From Candidatus Thorarchaeota archaeon (GTDB lineage: Archaea > Asgardarchaeota > Thorarchaeia > Thorarchaeales > Thorarchaeaceae), in assembly GCA_048882045.1 (NCBI GenBank), contig JBHLRZ010000007.1, forward strand, positions 32,001-96,000: DNA of 64,000 nucleotides. Reading direction: 5' to 3'. The translations under genes were made by a program, and so were the position numbers. Shown piece by piece: positions 51,720 to 61,748 of this stretch (within the stretch, counting starts at the first letter, position 1; each line of letters starts with the position of its first letter). Under the pieces are notes generated by a model. It was not told where the DNA came from. It worked only from the letters and a program-made list of their open reading frames with translations, and did not search any database.

Positions 51720-54700
51720 GTGTACAAGCACTACGAAACATCCGACGATGTGTTCGTGGACAGAGAGGAATACATCGAGTGGATGGACAAAGCACTTGTC
51801 GACTGCAAGAAGAAGAGCGTAGTGCTGCATCTCAAGGGGATTGGTGGGATAGGAAAGAGCTCACTCATAAAGCAATGGATAAAAACCATGGAAAAGACAG
51901 TGCGTGTCGACTGTGAGCAATACTCAACGTTCTACAATCGACTCAACATAATAGCAAAGGGTGCAGTCCTGCATGGAGTGAACCTGCAGAGGTTTGATGT
52001 GCTCTGGCAGATTCGTCAACGCTTCGTGGAAGGAGTTGAACCTGTAAAAGAGGAGGGTCGGGAGTGGGCGAAGGACATTGTGATGGCTATCCCTTTCATT
52101 GGCTCTCTAGCAACCATTGGTACAGCGATTTCTGCAGTTGGTTCGAAAGTGACTCCGAAACTCAAGGGCAGATACAGCATAGTAGGGAAGTGGTTGCAAG
52201 AGAGACTGGGGAAGAACCACATCGAACGTCTCCTTGAAGTCCTCTGGAAGGAACCTCATCACGCAGAATTCCTCTACCTTGATGCACTCCTTGAAGACAT
52301 AAACAACAGGAAGGATGAAACACCGATTGTGTTTCTCATGGATCATTTTGAGTATGTTGACAGTGACACTGCGCATTGGCGATATCAGGGCAGTAAGATT
52401 AACGAGGTGGAACTATGGTCAATTTTCCTCTGTTCACTGAAGAACTGTGTCAGTGTAATGGCTGGTAGAAAACCTCCTTTCAAACGGGAGGATTTAGAGT
52501 TTGAAGAGAACGAATTGACTGAACTGGACTGTGAAAGCTGCGAAGAGATGCTAGACTTGCAGGGTGTCACTGACAAGAAACTCCAAGAGAAGATAATTAG
52601 CGTAGCTGGAGGAAATCCCTTCGTAATTGATGCTATCTGCGATATGAGAAATGCGGGTACAATTGTTCTTGATGATATAGAGAGTCTTCGTGCGGACACT
52701 CTCGAGGAAGTCAGACTGAAGACCTGGCGAAGGCTCTTCAATATGGTCGGAGACCTTCAAGACATAATCAATCGAGCGGGGTTATTGAAATTCTTCAATC
52801 GCAACCTGATGAACATCATCGCACCACCAATGACATCAGATATGTGGGATAGATTGTTGCGATTGAGCTTTGTCAATAAGAGAGATGATGGAACATGGGT
52901 ACTTCATGATCTCGCCCAGGAACTAATTCTTGCAGAGTTAGGGCCACGAGTTAAGAATTTGACCAACGAGGTTTCTCAGTTACTCGAGAAGAGTGCCCAT
53001 GAAGATGACGATATCTCGCTCCTAGGACACGCTCTTTCAGTGGAAGCATTATCCTCTGAAGAAGATGCAATTGCAAAAACAAAGACGTTGATATATCGCC
53101 TTCTCTGGAGAGATTCCACAAAAAAAGCTATTCAGATTTTGAGCAACATTGTGTTTAGAACAGTGCATGGGAGGGCTGAACAAAAAGGACTGCTTGGGTG
53201 GGCTTATGATGGGATAACAAGATATGCAGAAGGTGAAGCTGAACTTAGGGATGCAATTGCTGTGTTTGAAGATTGGGCTATGAAGGATTTTGATAAATAT
53301 GGGTCGAGTTTGGGTTTGTATCTATCAAGATTGGGATACATAATGATATGGACTCAAAAACCTGACGAAGCAAACAAGTATCTAACACGTGCGGTGGAGA
53401 TTCGGAGAAGATTAGCAGAGAGGGATCCTGAAGAACATTCTGAAGCTCTTGCGGAGTCGCTTACAATGTATGGATTTGTACTTGCCAATTCATTCGGTCA
53501 ATTAGAGGAAGCTTATGCATTAGTCAAAGAGGCCGTTGATATTTTCAGGAAATTCGATACGTACAAGCGGTTGGGTTGGGCATTGAATATCCTCGGTGCA
53601 ACACAGACAGTTCCAAACGGAACAGTAGATTATCAACGGGCACTTGAAGTACAACGAGAATTATCCTCTAGTGATCCTGAAAACTTGTTCCTGAATGCTA
53701 TTCACGCTTCAATATGTCACAACTTATCACGTGCACTATATCTTGAAGGAAGAATATCTGAGGCAGAAGAAATTCACAATGAAGGGATTGCAATAAGGAG
53801 AGAACTAAGCGCTCTTAATCCTGATGCATATGAATGGCGTTTGGCATTGGCACTAGATAATTATGGAGAGTTTCTATGGCGAACACGTCAGCTCAGCAAG
53901 GCAGGTAGATGGATTGATGAATGTCTGCAAATTTCTGAAAAGTTAATGGAGAAAGAACCAGATGCATGGATGTTCAGGATGATTGACATCTTAATTGACA
54001 AGGCATGTATACTCACAATCTTCGGAAGAATTTCGGAAGCTGAGTCTATAATTAATAGAGCAATTAGTTTGGGAAGGGAATATGTTAACCAAACTGGGAA
54101 CTCTTTTTCAGCAAGAAGGCTCCTATCAACATGTTTAACTCTAACTTCACCATTTTACGCAAAAACCTTCAGAATGATAGAAGCAGAAAATAATCTAAAT
54201 GAGGCAATAGAAATCCGAAGAGAGTACAAAGATCGATTTTTCCCGGAGGAGTACCTACTTGGTCTTGCCCTGAATAATGGTGGTGCTCAGTATCTTGTGA
54301 TGGGTAACGAGTTTGAAGCAAGGACATCTCTTGATGAAGCAACTGACTTACTAGAGAAACAGAAAGATAAATTCATGTTAATGTCACATAATTCGTTCGC
54401 AATTTCTCTTTCTAATCTAGCTATCCTTTGCAAGAGAGAAGGACAAATGCAAAAAGCATGTGAACTCTTTGAGAAATCATTGAGTCTCTTTGAGGAAATA
54501 GTGCAGAAGATACCTATCAGATATCAATACGATAATACTGTCGTGCTCAATAACTTCTCAATCCTTCTCAAGGAATTGGACCGTCCTAAGGTTGCTGAAT
54601 CACATCTATCAAAGGCAATTGAAATCCAAAGACATTTTATCAAGATTGAACCTCAATACTTTGAACCTATACTCGCGTTATCGCTTAACAACTTGGGTAT

Positions 54701-55109
54701 CCTGTATTCAGAAATGAACAGACTATCTCAAGCAGAAGAATCACTAAAGGAAGCAATTAAGATTAGAAGAAAACTCAGCAAGCAGACACCTGAGATGTAC
54801 CAAGTTGGATTAGCCTCATCACTTCATAACTATGGAGTTCTCCAAAAGAAGGTCGGGAAGTCACAAGAAGCTAAGCAATCACTTAGGGAATCGCTTGAGA
54901 TTTGGGAACAGCTGGTGACAAAGATCCCTGAAGTAATTAACCCTAGGATTGCCAGAACACTTCATCATTTACGGAGATCTTTGTTGGAAAAGGAATCCCA
55001 AAAGGATGAAGTAGAAGAACTCAAACTGCGTATCTCAACACTGAATTTCGATTTCTCGGAAGACGAAGACCTATGGATTGAGGAAGAAGAGCCGCTATAT
55101 ATCTGGTAG
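51720..55109 (+). CDS. STAND/NB-ARC-like NTPase with TPR repeats (NLR-like), copy 2
   Basis: Same motifs (GIGGIGKS, FLMDHFE, GGNPF, LHDL). GTG at 51720 matches the copy 1 start and RBS. Confidence 0.85.
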   Translation: MYKHYETSDDVFVDREEYIEWMDKALVDCKKKSVVLHLKGIGGIGKSSLIKQWIKTMEKTVRVDCEQYSTFYNRLNIIAKGAVLHGVNLQRFDVLWQIRQRFVEGVEPVKEEGREWAKDIVMAIPFIGSLATIGTAISAVGSKVTPKLKGRYSIVGKWLQERLGKNHIERLLEVLWKEPHHAEFLYLDALLEDINNRKDETPIVFLMDHFEYVDSDTAHWRYQGSKINEVELWSIFLCSLKNCVSVMAGRKPPFKREDLEFEENELTELDCESCEEMLDLQGVTDKKLQEKIISVAGGNPFVIDAICDMRNAGTIVLDDIESLRADTLEEVRLKTWRRLFNMVGDLQDIINRAGLLKFFNRNLMNIIAPPMTSDMWDRLLRLSFVNKRDDGTWVLHDLAQELILAELGPRVKNLTNEVSQLLEKSAHEDDDISLLGHALSVEALSSEEDAIAKTKTLIYRLLWRDSTKKAIQILSNIVFRTVHGRAEQKGLLGWAYDGITRYAEGEAELRDAIAVFEDWAMKDFDKYGSSLGLYLSRLGYIMIWTQKPDEANKYLTRAVEIRRRLAERDPEEHSEALAESLTMYGFVLANSFGQLEEAYALVKEAVDIFRKFDTYKRLGWALNILGATQTVPNGTVDYQRALEVQRELSSSDPENLFLNAIHASICHNLSRALYLEGRISEAEEIHNEGIAIRRELSALNPDAYEWRLALALDNYGEFLWRTRQLSKAGRWIDECLQISEKLMEKEPDAWMFRMIDILIDKACILTIFGRISEAESIINRAISLGREYVNQTGNSFSARRLLSTCLTLTSPFYAKTFRMIEAENNLNEAIEIRREYKDRFFPEEYLLGLALNNGGAQYLVMGNEFEARTSLDEATDLLEKQKDKFMLMSHNSFAISLSNLAILCKREGQMQKACELFEKSLSLFEEIVQKIPIRYQYDNTVVLNNFSILLKELDRPKVAESHLSKAIEIQRHFIKIEPQYFEPILALSLNNLGILYSEMNRLSQAEESLKEAIKIRRKLSKQTPEMYQVGLASSLHNYGVLQKKVGKSQEAKQSLRESLEIWEQLVTKIPEVINPRIARTLHHLRRSLLEKESQKDEVEELKLRISTLNFDFSEDEDLWIEEEEPLYIW

Positions 55110-55269
55110 TTCTGTCAATCTTTTCTTATTCTCAAGGAGTTGGATGCTGAAAGTCTCGCCTTGGAAGAGATCAGGTTTGAAGATGATGAGGATTTCTAGA
55201 CAATCAAAGTAAATCTCTTGCACACTAATTCTGTTGGTGGCCTGGGTCATCAATTCTTGGAGTCTATGC

Positions 55270-55914
55270 TCACCATAATCTTACCCTGAGATGCGCTCTC
55301 TCATTTGCGGGCCTCTCGCGTGCCTCCTTGACTTCAGGATTTTCGAGCGCGTTGTCCATTGTGAGCTTGAGATCATCTTTCGATACATCGAGGACAATCT
55401 TGCCCCTGATAGCAGTGATATGACCACTGGGCAACAGAATGTCGACATCAGACTTCAGACCGACATCCTCGAGTGTTTCTTCTATGATACCGCCACCCAC
55501 GATAAGACAGGCGGTACCATCAATATCAAACTCCACATCTACAGCTCGACCGACCTTGACATCATCCTTATCGAAAATGTCCATCTTTGTCAAGTTCGAC
55601 CATCGGATTTCGTCCAATTCAAAAGCTCCCTCATCAAGTGTAGTCTTCAGAGAGTTAACATTTGCATTCAACCGAATTGTGTCGCCCAGAATTTCTATGA
55701 GGGACGCATCCAGAACTGGGTCCTTGTCGGGTTTGGCCTTTATAGTTTCAAGCAACTCCTCCCATCTCGAACCGCCAAGTATGAACTGAGAAAGCCTGAG
55801 TGCTCCATCGAATTTGAAGGTCAGGTCGTTGATCTTCCCAACCCTCTCGCCATCAGAGTCTACTACATCGGACTCTCTCAATCGTTTGCAGTTCATTGGT
55901 TTCTTAACATCCAC
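55270..55914 (-). CDS. Tandem PRC-barrel domain protein
   Basis: Two repeats: DVVDSDGERVGKINDL and DIFDKDDVKVGRAVDV. Confidence 0.8.
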   Translation of the reverse strand: MDVKKPMNCKRLRESDVVDSDGERVGKINDLTFKFDGALRLSQFILGGSRWEELLETIKAKPDKDPVLDASLIEILGDTIRLNANVNSLKTTLDEGAFELDEIRWSNLTKMDIFDKDDVKVGRAVDVEFDIDGTACLIVGGGIIEETLEDVGLKSDVDILLPSGHITAIRGKIVLDVSKDDLKLTMDNALENPEVKEARERPANERAHLRVRLW

Positions 55915-56088
55915 GGAAATCACACCAACTGTGGTGGTGTTCTGAGTCCAAATTAAACCCTTCGGCAAATGTAAAGAAAAGAGAATGAGGTCTAAGTATT
56001 CGATGGTAACTATCGATTAATTATTGCGCTGAACAAAGAGCTATATAATCAAAGTTTCATCTATTTATCAACGCGTGGTGATATTACA

Positions 56089-56442
56089 GTGGAAAAGATA
56101 CAGCATTCCAAAGCTACTCCGGAACAACTGAAGTATGTCATGGTACCAAAGCCCCTCCTCAACCGCTTCATACTCTTTAGGGCAATCCGTTGTGCAGTGT
56201 GTATTGCACTAGCAGGATTGCTGCTTGTACCTCTCACTGTACTCCCGGGACTCATTCTATTAGTACTCCCTGCTGAAGTCGCAGTGGTATCCAAAATTCG
56301 CGATGAGACTGAACTGATTCAATGGGTCAGGTGCAATATGGTCTCAGGGGATTGTAACATTGATGATGCAGAGGCTGGGACTGAGATGGCCCGATTGATG
56401 GCTCATGACAGGCCAGGAGCCCTACAAGGTTATACTCGTTAG
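56089..56442 (+). CDS. Small membrane protein (paralog of the next gene)
   Basis: TM hairpin with PGL; K-x-x-DE; TEMARLMAHD. Confidence 0.65.
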   Translation: MEKIQHSKATPEQLKYVMVPKPLLNRFILFRAIRCAVCIALAGLLLVPLTVLPGLILLVLPAEVAVVSKIRDETELIQWVRCNMVSGDCNIDDAEAGTEMARLMAHDRPGALQGYTR

Positions 56443-56555
56443 ACTATGTTTTCAAAGCACGGGAGAACATATCTCCTGTGCTGATCTCATTTTGGGGCTC
56501 ACCTAAGAATACCGAGTCCGTTCACTGATACAATCGCAATGTCGTGCTGTTTCTG

Positions 56556-56635
56556 TCTAACGTTCGGCGCTGACCGAACACCTTAAATACATTCGAACGT
56601 TAGATATTAACGTAACGTTCCGGAATAACGGAACG
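56556..56635. promoter_or_regulatory. Paired palindromic operators flanking a TATA-like element
   Basis: GTTCGG-N6-CCGAAC (56562-56579) and CGTTCCG-N6-CGGAACG (56616-56635); TTAAATA at 56583. Confidence 0.6.
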
Positions 56636-56653
56636 ATATTCGGTATTCGCAAG

Positions 56654-57016
56654 GTGCAAACAATGCTAAAACCAGGATTTGAAACGGACACGGAAGTAAG
56701 AATACACCCAGCAGCTATAGAGCCAGTATTTTCACTCGACAGAGTGATAGCAGGTAGAACTGCACGCCTACTGGCGGCGCTCGGAGGAACAAGTGTGCTT
56801 GTGTATCTGGGCGTCTTGGTACCGGGTCTGTTCTTTCTATTCCTTCCCTTGACTGTGGCATCACTCGGAAAGGTGTACGATGAGGCTCGCATTATCAAAT
56901 TTCTCAGATATGGCGAGCCTCTAAAGCCAGGTCAGTGGGAGAAGGTCGAAACTTCAACTGAGAGTGCACGGATCAAGGCATTCGACATTCGTCATGCCCA
57001 GGAGTTCTCAAGGTGA
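56654..57016 (+). CDS. Small membrane protein (paralog of the previous gene)
   Basis: PGLFFLFLP...GKVYDE...TESARIKAFD. Confidence 0.7.
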   Translation: MQTMLKPGFETDTEVRIHPAAIEPVFSLDRVIAGRTARLLAALGGTSVLVYLGVLVPGLFFLFLPLTVASLGKVYDEARIIKFLRYGEPLKPGQWEKVETSTESARIKAFDIRHAQEFSR

Positions 57017-57107
57017 GAATGAGTGTTTCTCTCTATTGTATTGTCTATCTCCACGGTGGCCTCACCCACTCCGAGTGGGGCCACCCCCAATCTTTTGAGG
57101 TGAAATC

Positions 57108-58067
57108 ATGAGTTGGCCAAATAACTATCCCGACACACCAGACGAACAGCCAGAGAAGAAAGCCCCCTCGAGGCCGATGCAACCCGGAGGAATTCTGAAA
57201 GACTTTGCGGTCGGATTCAAACTTGCTGCAACGAACTTTCTCTCGTACGCACTGGCTATGTTCGGTGTCATCTTTGTAACAATTGTACTTCTGATAATCA
57301 TTCTGCTCTTCATATTCATACCACTGCTCATCACCCTGGGTCTTCCATTCCTCATCAGCTTTGCCATCTATATTGAGGAAACATTCACAACCGCAACATC
57401 GCTGTCTCTGGTGACGTTGATCCTACTCCTAGTACTACCAATACTAGGTCCATTCTTCGTAGCACTTGGATCACTCTTTGGAATGTCACGCGAGGTCGTT
57501 GAGAGTGATGGTACTTACGCAGAGTCAGTGTTCTCATGGTATAGGAAGAAAGGTCTTTCACTATTAGGTGGAGGAGCACTTCACTTCATAGTCACACTAG
57601 CTCCGTTCATAATTGCCTTCATTGGAATTACCTACCCAACATGGAATCCTCCGAGTAACGAGGTGCTTCAATTGATCATTCCCCTGGGAGTCCTTTGGGT
57701 CTTCCTGATCAATGGCATGCTATCACTGACATTCCCCGCAATCATTGATGGATATTCGGTGGTCAGAGCAGCCGCACGCTCAGTGAGACTGACTGCTCAG
57801 TTTCCAGGAAGGGTACTGGGAGCATGGACGATTATGTTCTTGATAGTCGGACTTCCAATCACATCGATAATTAGTGAACTGGCTTTCCTCTTCCCCTCAT
57901 TCATTCCAGTACATTGGTTTGAACCATATGCAGGAGCTATAATTCTCCTCCTGATATTCTATGTGATCCCAGCCTTCTCAATTGTACTCACTAGGATCTA
58001 CATGATACTAACAGCACGTGTGGATGCAACATACACTCTCGATGACTCAGGAGGCGATACTCTATGA
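57108..58067 (+). CDS. Polytopic membrane protein (hypothetical)
   Basis: About six TM segments; FPAIIDGYSVVRAAARS; GAGGTGA RBS. Confidence 0.72.
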   Translation: MSWPNNYPDTPDEQPEKKAPSRPMQPGGILKDFAVGFKLAATNFLSYALAMFGVIFVTIVLLIIILLFIFIPLLITLGLPFLISFAIYIEETFTTATSLSLVTLILLLVLPILGPFFVALGSLFGMSREVVESDGTYAESVFSWYRKKGLSLLGGGALHFIVTLAPFIIAFIGITYPTWNPPSNEVLQLIIPLGVLWVFLINGMLSLTFPAIIDGYSVVRAAARSVRLTAQFPGRVLGAWTIMFLIVGLPITSIISELAFLFPSFIPVHWFEPYAGAIILLLIFYVIPAFSIVLTRIYMILTARVDATYTLDDSGGDTL

Positions 58068-58708
58068 ATCCAAAAATATCAACTAAACCAATCAAGGAAT
58101 TTGTGGTTGTCACAAATCCGAAAATCATCAAACTGCTATTAGATGACACAAGAAAGGAAATTGTGTTTACCTATCTTGTCATTCAACCAATGACAGTGAA
58201 GCAGCTGGCAGACGCGATGGGTAAGAAACCAGGTACTGTGCTGCATCATGTGCAGAAACTGAAGAACGCCAAAGTCATTGAGCTAGTAGAAACTCGTGAA
58301 ACTATAAGAGGTATCGTCGAGCGCTATTACAGAGCTGTTGCAAGAGAGTACAGACTCGGAATCAGTGAACGAATGAGCGCATATGAGGAGTCCCCAGTAA
58401 TGAAGGACAGAGTGAGATCTGCTCTTCTCGCGATGTCGACGTTAGGTGTACACATCCCTGAGAAAGACCTTGACCGGGCAGGAGTCTTGCTGAAAAAGAT
58501 GTGGGACATCGAAGAACAGGTCTATCGAGCCTACAATAATCCTGACAATCATGCCTATCAGAGCCTGCCTCCAGCTACTCGAGACGATGTTTCAGAGAGG
58601 ATGTCACAATACCTACTCTCAAAGAATGCTACATATCAGGAAACTCTCAGAGAGTGGTACGAGATTCTTGGATATCATCTCAAGAAGCTCACAGTAGTCG
58701 AGGGGTAG
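58064..58708 (+). CDS. ArsR/HTH_20-type winged-helix regulator
   Basis: PMTVKQLADAMGKKPGTVLHHVQKL...GIVERYYRAVA. Confidence 0.85.
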   Translation: MNPKISTKPIKEFVVVTNPKIIKLLLDDTRKEIVFTYLVIQPMTVKQLADAMGKKPGTVLHHVQKLKNAKVIELVETRETIRGIVERYYRAVAREYRLGISERMSAYEESPVMKDRVRSALLAMSTLGVHIPEKDLDRAGVLLKKMWDIEEQVYRAYNNPDNHAYQSLPPATRDDVSERMSQYLLSKNATYQETLREWYEILGYHLKKLTVVEG

Positions 58709-59947
58709 GTGATGGCAACAAGGCGATCATTGGTAATCATAGGTTGCCTCATACTATTAATGGCGGCAGTCAGTCCCGTTGAGGGATTGGCTGCAAAGCC
58801 AAGTCAAGGAGTCGTAGCTCGGGACTATTGGCCCACAGATGAATGGAGGACTTCAAGCCCTGAGGACCAAGGAATGGACTCAGTTCGCTTTAATGATTTG
58901 ATGATGAGAATTGAGGAGCATGACATAGCAATTGACTCCCTCCTGATTGCGCGACATGGATATCTCGTCTTTGAGAAGTACCCAAGGCATTATACGAACA
59001 ACTCCCGACACATCATCCATTCATGCACAAAGAGCTACACCTCAGCCCTCGTAGGTATAGCGATTGAACAGGGATACATCAACAGCACAGATGATAGAAT
59101 GGTCGATCTATTACCAAACCGAACAATAGCCAATCTTGATGAGAGAAAAGAGGCTATTACGTTAGATCATCTTCTCAGAATGACCTCAGGTCTGGAGTGG
59201 GACGAATGGTCATATCCCTACAGCTCAAGTCAGAATAGTAATTACCAGATGTGGATATCCAGTGATCAGGTGCAGTTTGTACTAAATCGCCCAATGGTTG
59301 CAGATCCAGGAGAAGTCTGGACTTATAGCTCAGGAGGGTCACATGTACTGGGTGCGATTGTTGCTGAAGCAACTGGTAGGACACTCCTTGATTTTGCCAT
59401 TGAGAACCTGTTCACGCCTCTTGGTATCTCACCCTCTGACATTAATTGGCCTCTAGATAATCAAGGATACTATACTGCCTCGGGGGGTGCATCAATGCTC
59501 CCTCGAGACATGTTGAAATTCGGCTATCTCTACCTTAACAATGGGTCATGGGATGGTGAGCAAATTGTTCCCGTTAGTTGGGTTCAAACATCCTCGGAAA
59601 CCCTCACCTACTTCAACGATTTCAGTGGATACTCCTACCAATGGTGGACATATCCAACCGATATAGTGAACGTATATGCGGCACAGGGCTACCAGGGACA
59701 ATTCATCTTTGTGATTCCTGAACTAGATATGGTAGTCGTATTCACATCGAGTGTCCCGCCAGATGAGGTGGGGCAACATCCCGCTATGCTGTTTGAATAC
59801 ATCATTCCTGCGGCTATGGGTGAAGACTCTCAACCATACTCAGCTTCGTATGCAATCACCTTGGTCACATTAGCTATTATTCCTCTACCTGGGCTCATAG
59901 CTGGATTTCAATATGCGGTTAGCAAAAGGAGGATTGGGACGAGTTGA
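58709..59947 (+). CDS. Membrane-anchored serine hydrolase (beta-lactamase/AmpC-like family)
   Basis: SCTK (SxxK), LLRMTSGL, YSS, signal peptide and C-terminal TM. Confidence 0.9.
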   Translation: MMATRRSLVIIGCLILLMAAVSPVEGLAAKPSQGVVARDYWPTDEWRTSSPEDQGMDSVRFNDLMMRIEEHDIAIDSLLIARHGYLVFEKYPRHYTNNSRHIIHSCTKSYTSALVGIAIEQGYINSTDDRMVDLLPNRTIANLDERKEAITLDHLLRMTSGLEWDEWSYPYSSSQNSNYQMWISSDQVQFVLNRPMVADPGEVWTYSSGGSHVLGAIVAEATGRTLLDFAIENLFTPLGISPSDINWPLDNQGYYTASGGASMLPRDMLKFGYLYLNNGSWDGEQIVPVSWVQTSSETLTYFNDFSGYSYQWWTYPTDIVNVYAAQGYQGQFIFVIPELDMVVVFTSSVPPDEVGQHPAMLFEYIIPAAMGEDSQPYSASYAITLVTLAIIPLPGLIAGFQYAVSKRRIGTS

Positions 59948-60843
59948 TTGAAATATCGGTGGATCTAGCTATAATAATAGGAATCGTCCTACCTATCGTT
60001 CTTCCAAGCCTTCTATACATCGGGGTAAGACGAGTCAACACTGAAGGGAATCTCTACAAATACTTGGTTAGACCTCCCCAATTTCAATCAGAAAATTCCA
60101 ACAGTTTGGAAAACTCAGATATGTGGACACAAATCAAAATCAAACTTGGTTTCATCTATCTGGGGATGGCACTGTTCTTAGTCAGTTTTGTGTTGAGTGA
60201 ATTCTACGAAGTCATATTTGATATTACACTACCCGTGAACCAAGGAAGTACTGGTGAGATGAGAACAATCTCAAGTCTTGCCTTTCTTAGCCTCTTCAAC
60301 GCAGGATGGGTTGGATCTCTGCCTTGGTATGGATGGCTTCCAGCACCTGCAGGTTTTGGCAACTACCATGATCCGTGGGGTTGGATCTTTACGACAGCAG
60401 CGTATACAGACAATCCAAACTTCCTTGGTACAATCGTATCTGTTCTTTTCATCACATCGGTCATGGTTGGCACAGTGTTCCTACTGCCTCTAGTCAGTAG
60501 GAGAATCAGAGAATCCTTCGTTCCATCATTGATCGTGTTCACAACTGGAATGGCTGTCTTTACTAAGACAATAGTGGGAGGTCTTGGTCATGCGATCGCT
60601 CTGGCACTTGGAGCTCAGATTCCATTTGGAATTCGTATAGTGACAGGTAATCTCGTTCCAGATTTGAACGAAGTAGTGGTCGTTGGATTTCTATTCTTCA
60701 TCGGGCTTTATTTTCTGTTCTTGATTATTGGTCAAAGGCTTTGGAAAATACATTACGATGACAGAAGGTCCCGTCTTGGCTTTCTACTCTACATCACCAT
60801 CATCTATTGGATAGGTCTGGTGTTAACAATAATGGTCGTGTAA
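59944..60843 (+). CDS. Uncharacterised membrane protein B
   Basis: About six TM segments; LPVNQGSTGEMR, FNAGWVGSLPW, AAYTDNP. Confidence 0.75.
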   Translation: MIEISVDLAIIIGIVLPIVLPSLLYIGVRRVNTEGNLYKYLVRPPQFQSENSNSLENSDMWTQIKIKLGFIYLGMALFLVSFVLSEFYEVIFDITLPVNQGSTGEMRTISSLAFLSLFNAGWVGSLPWYGWLPAPAGFGNYHDPWGWIFTTAAYTDNPNFLGTIVSVLFITSVMVGTVFLLPLVSRRIRESFVPSLIVFTTGMAVFTKTIVGGLGHAIALALGAQIPFGIRIVTGNLVPDLNEVVVVGFLFFIGLYFLFLIIGQRLWKIHYDDRRSRLGFLLYITIIYWIGLVLTIMVV

Positions 60844-60846
60844 ACA

Positions 60847-61743
60847 ATGATTCAGATACTTGAGATTTCAGCACTTTTGGCAAATATAGCGGCAATAGGT
60901 ATTCCAGTTGTGCTCTTGTGCTTGTTTCTATTATTGATACCATCATTAAGCGATGGTTCCAAAAGCAAGGCACGTAGATATCTTTCATACTTGGTGAAAC
61001 CTCCTAAGTTAAGTTTGGAGTCCCGCGAAGAGCCATCTTCAAGAGAAGACAAGATCAGGATTTTCTTCTACTACCTAGGGATTCTTCTGTTTCTGATTGG
61101 TTTCATGATAGGTGAGTTGTATGAGGTCGTTCTAGACCTAGCACTCCCAGTGACTCAAGGAAGTACTGGTGAGATGAGAGATATTGTGTCTGTCATCTTC
61201 CTTAGTCCGTTCAATGCAGGATGGTATGGATCCTTGCCATGGATGAGTGGACTGAACACCTTTCATGAAACATGGCAATGGGTCTACTGGACAGCGGCAT
61301 TTACAGATAATCCTGGTTTTCTGAGTCAAATGAATGAAACATTGATACTATTCTCAATGGGTGTGGGACTTGTATTTTTGATTCCTCTGGGGATCAAGAG
61401 GATTCGACAATCCTTCATGCCTTCATTGTTCTTCTTCATGACAGCCACGATGATTTTCTCCAAGGCGGCGATAAGCTCCTTGGCATATGCTATCGCCTTA
61501 GCATATGGTGGAGTCGAGTTGGAGATTAGTTTAATATCAGCCACCGGTGCCATGATTCCAGGTCTGACAGACTTTGTGCTAGTCTTGCTATTAATGACAC
61601 TCGGAATGTTCGGATTGTTCACATTTCTTGGTCGTAGACTGTGGAAGTGGTTCTATACAGACGCCGCATCAAGAAAATGGTTCACTGTTTACATTGCATT
61701 GAGTTTCTGGTTGTCACTTGTGTTGACAATTCTGGTGGTGTGA
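60847..61743 (+). CDS. Uncharacterised membrane protein B' (paralog)
   Basis: LPVTQGSTGEMR, FNAGWYGSLPW, AAFTDNP. Confidence 0.75.
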   Translation: MIQILEISALLANIAAIGIPVVLLCLFLLLIPSLSDGSKSKARRYLSYLVKPPKLSLESREEPSSREDKIRIFFYYLGILLFLIGFMIGELYEVVLDLALPVTQGSTGEMRDIVSVIFLSPFNAGWYGSLPWMSGLNTFHETWQWVYWTAAFTDNPGFLSQMNETLILFSMGVGLVFLIPLGIKRIRQSFMPSLFFFMTATMIFSKAAISSLAYAIALAYGGVELEISLISATGAMIPGLTDFVLVLLLMTLGMFGLFTFLGRRLWKWFYTDAASRKWFTVYIALSFWLSLVLTILVV

Positions 61744-61748
61744 ATAAA

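Noticed and set aside
55107-55109. Pyrrolysine read-through of the TAG
   Set aside because: The protein already ends in the family-typical acidic tail before the TAG, and no pyl genes are in the window; a relic is the simpler explanation
55291-55956. 221-aa plus-strand ORF
   Set aside because: Antisense shadow of the PRC-barrel gene with no motifs
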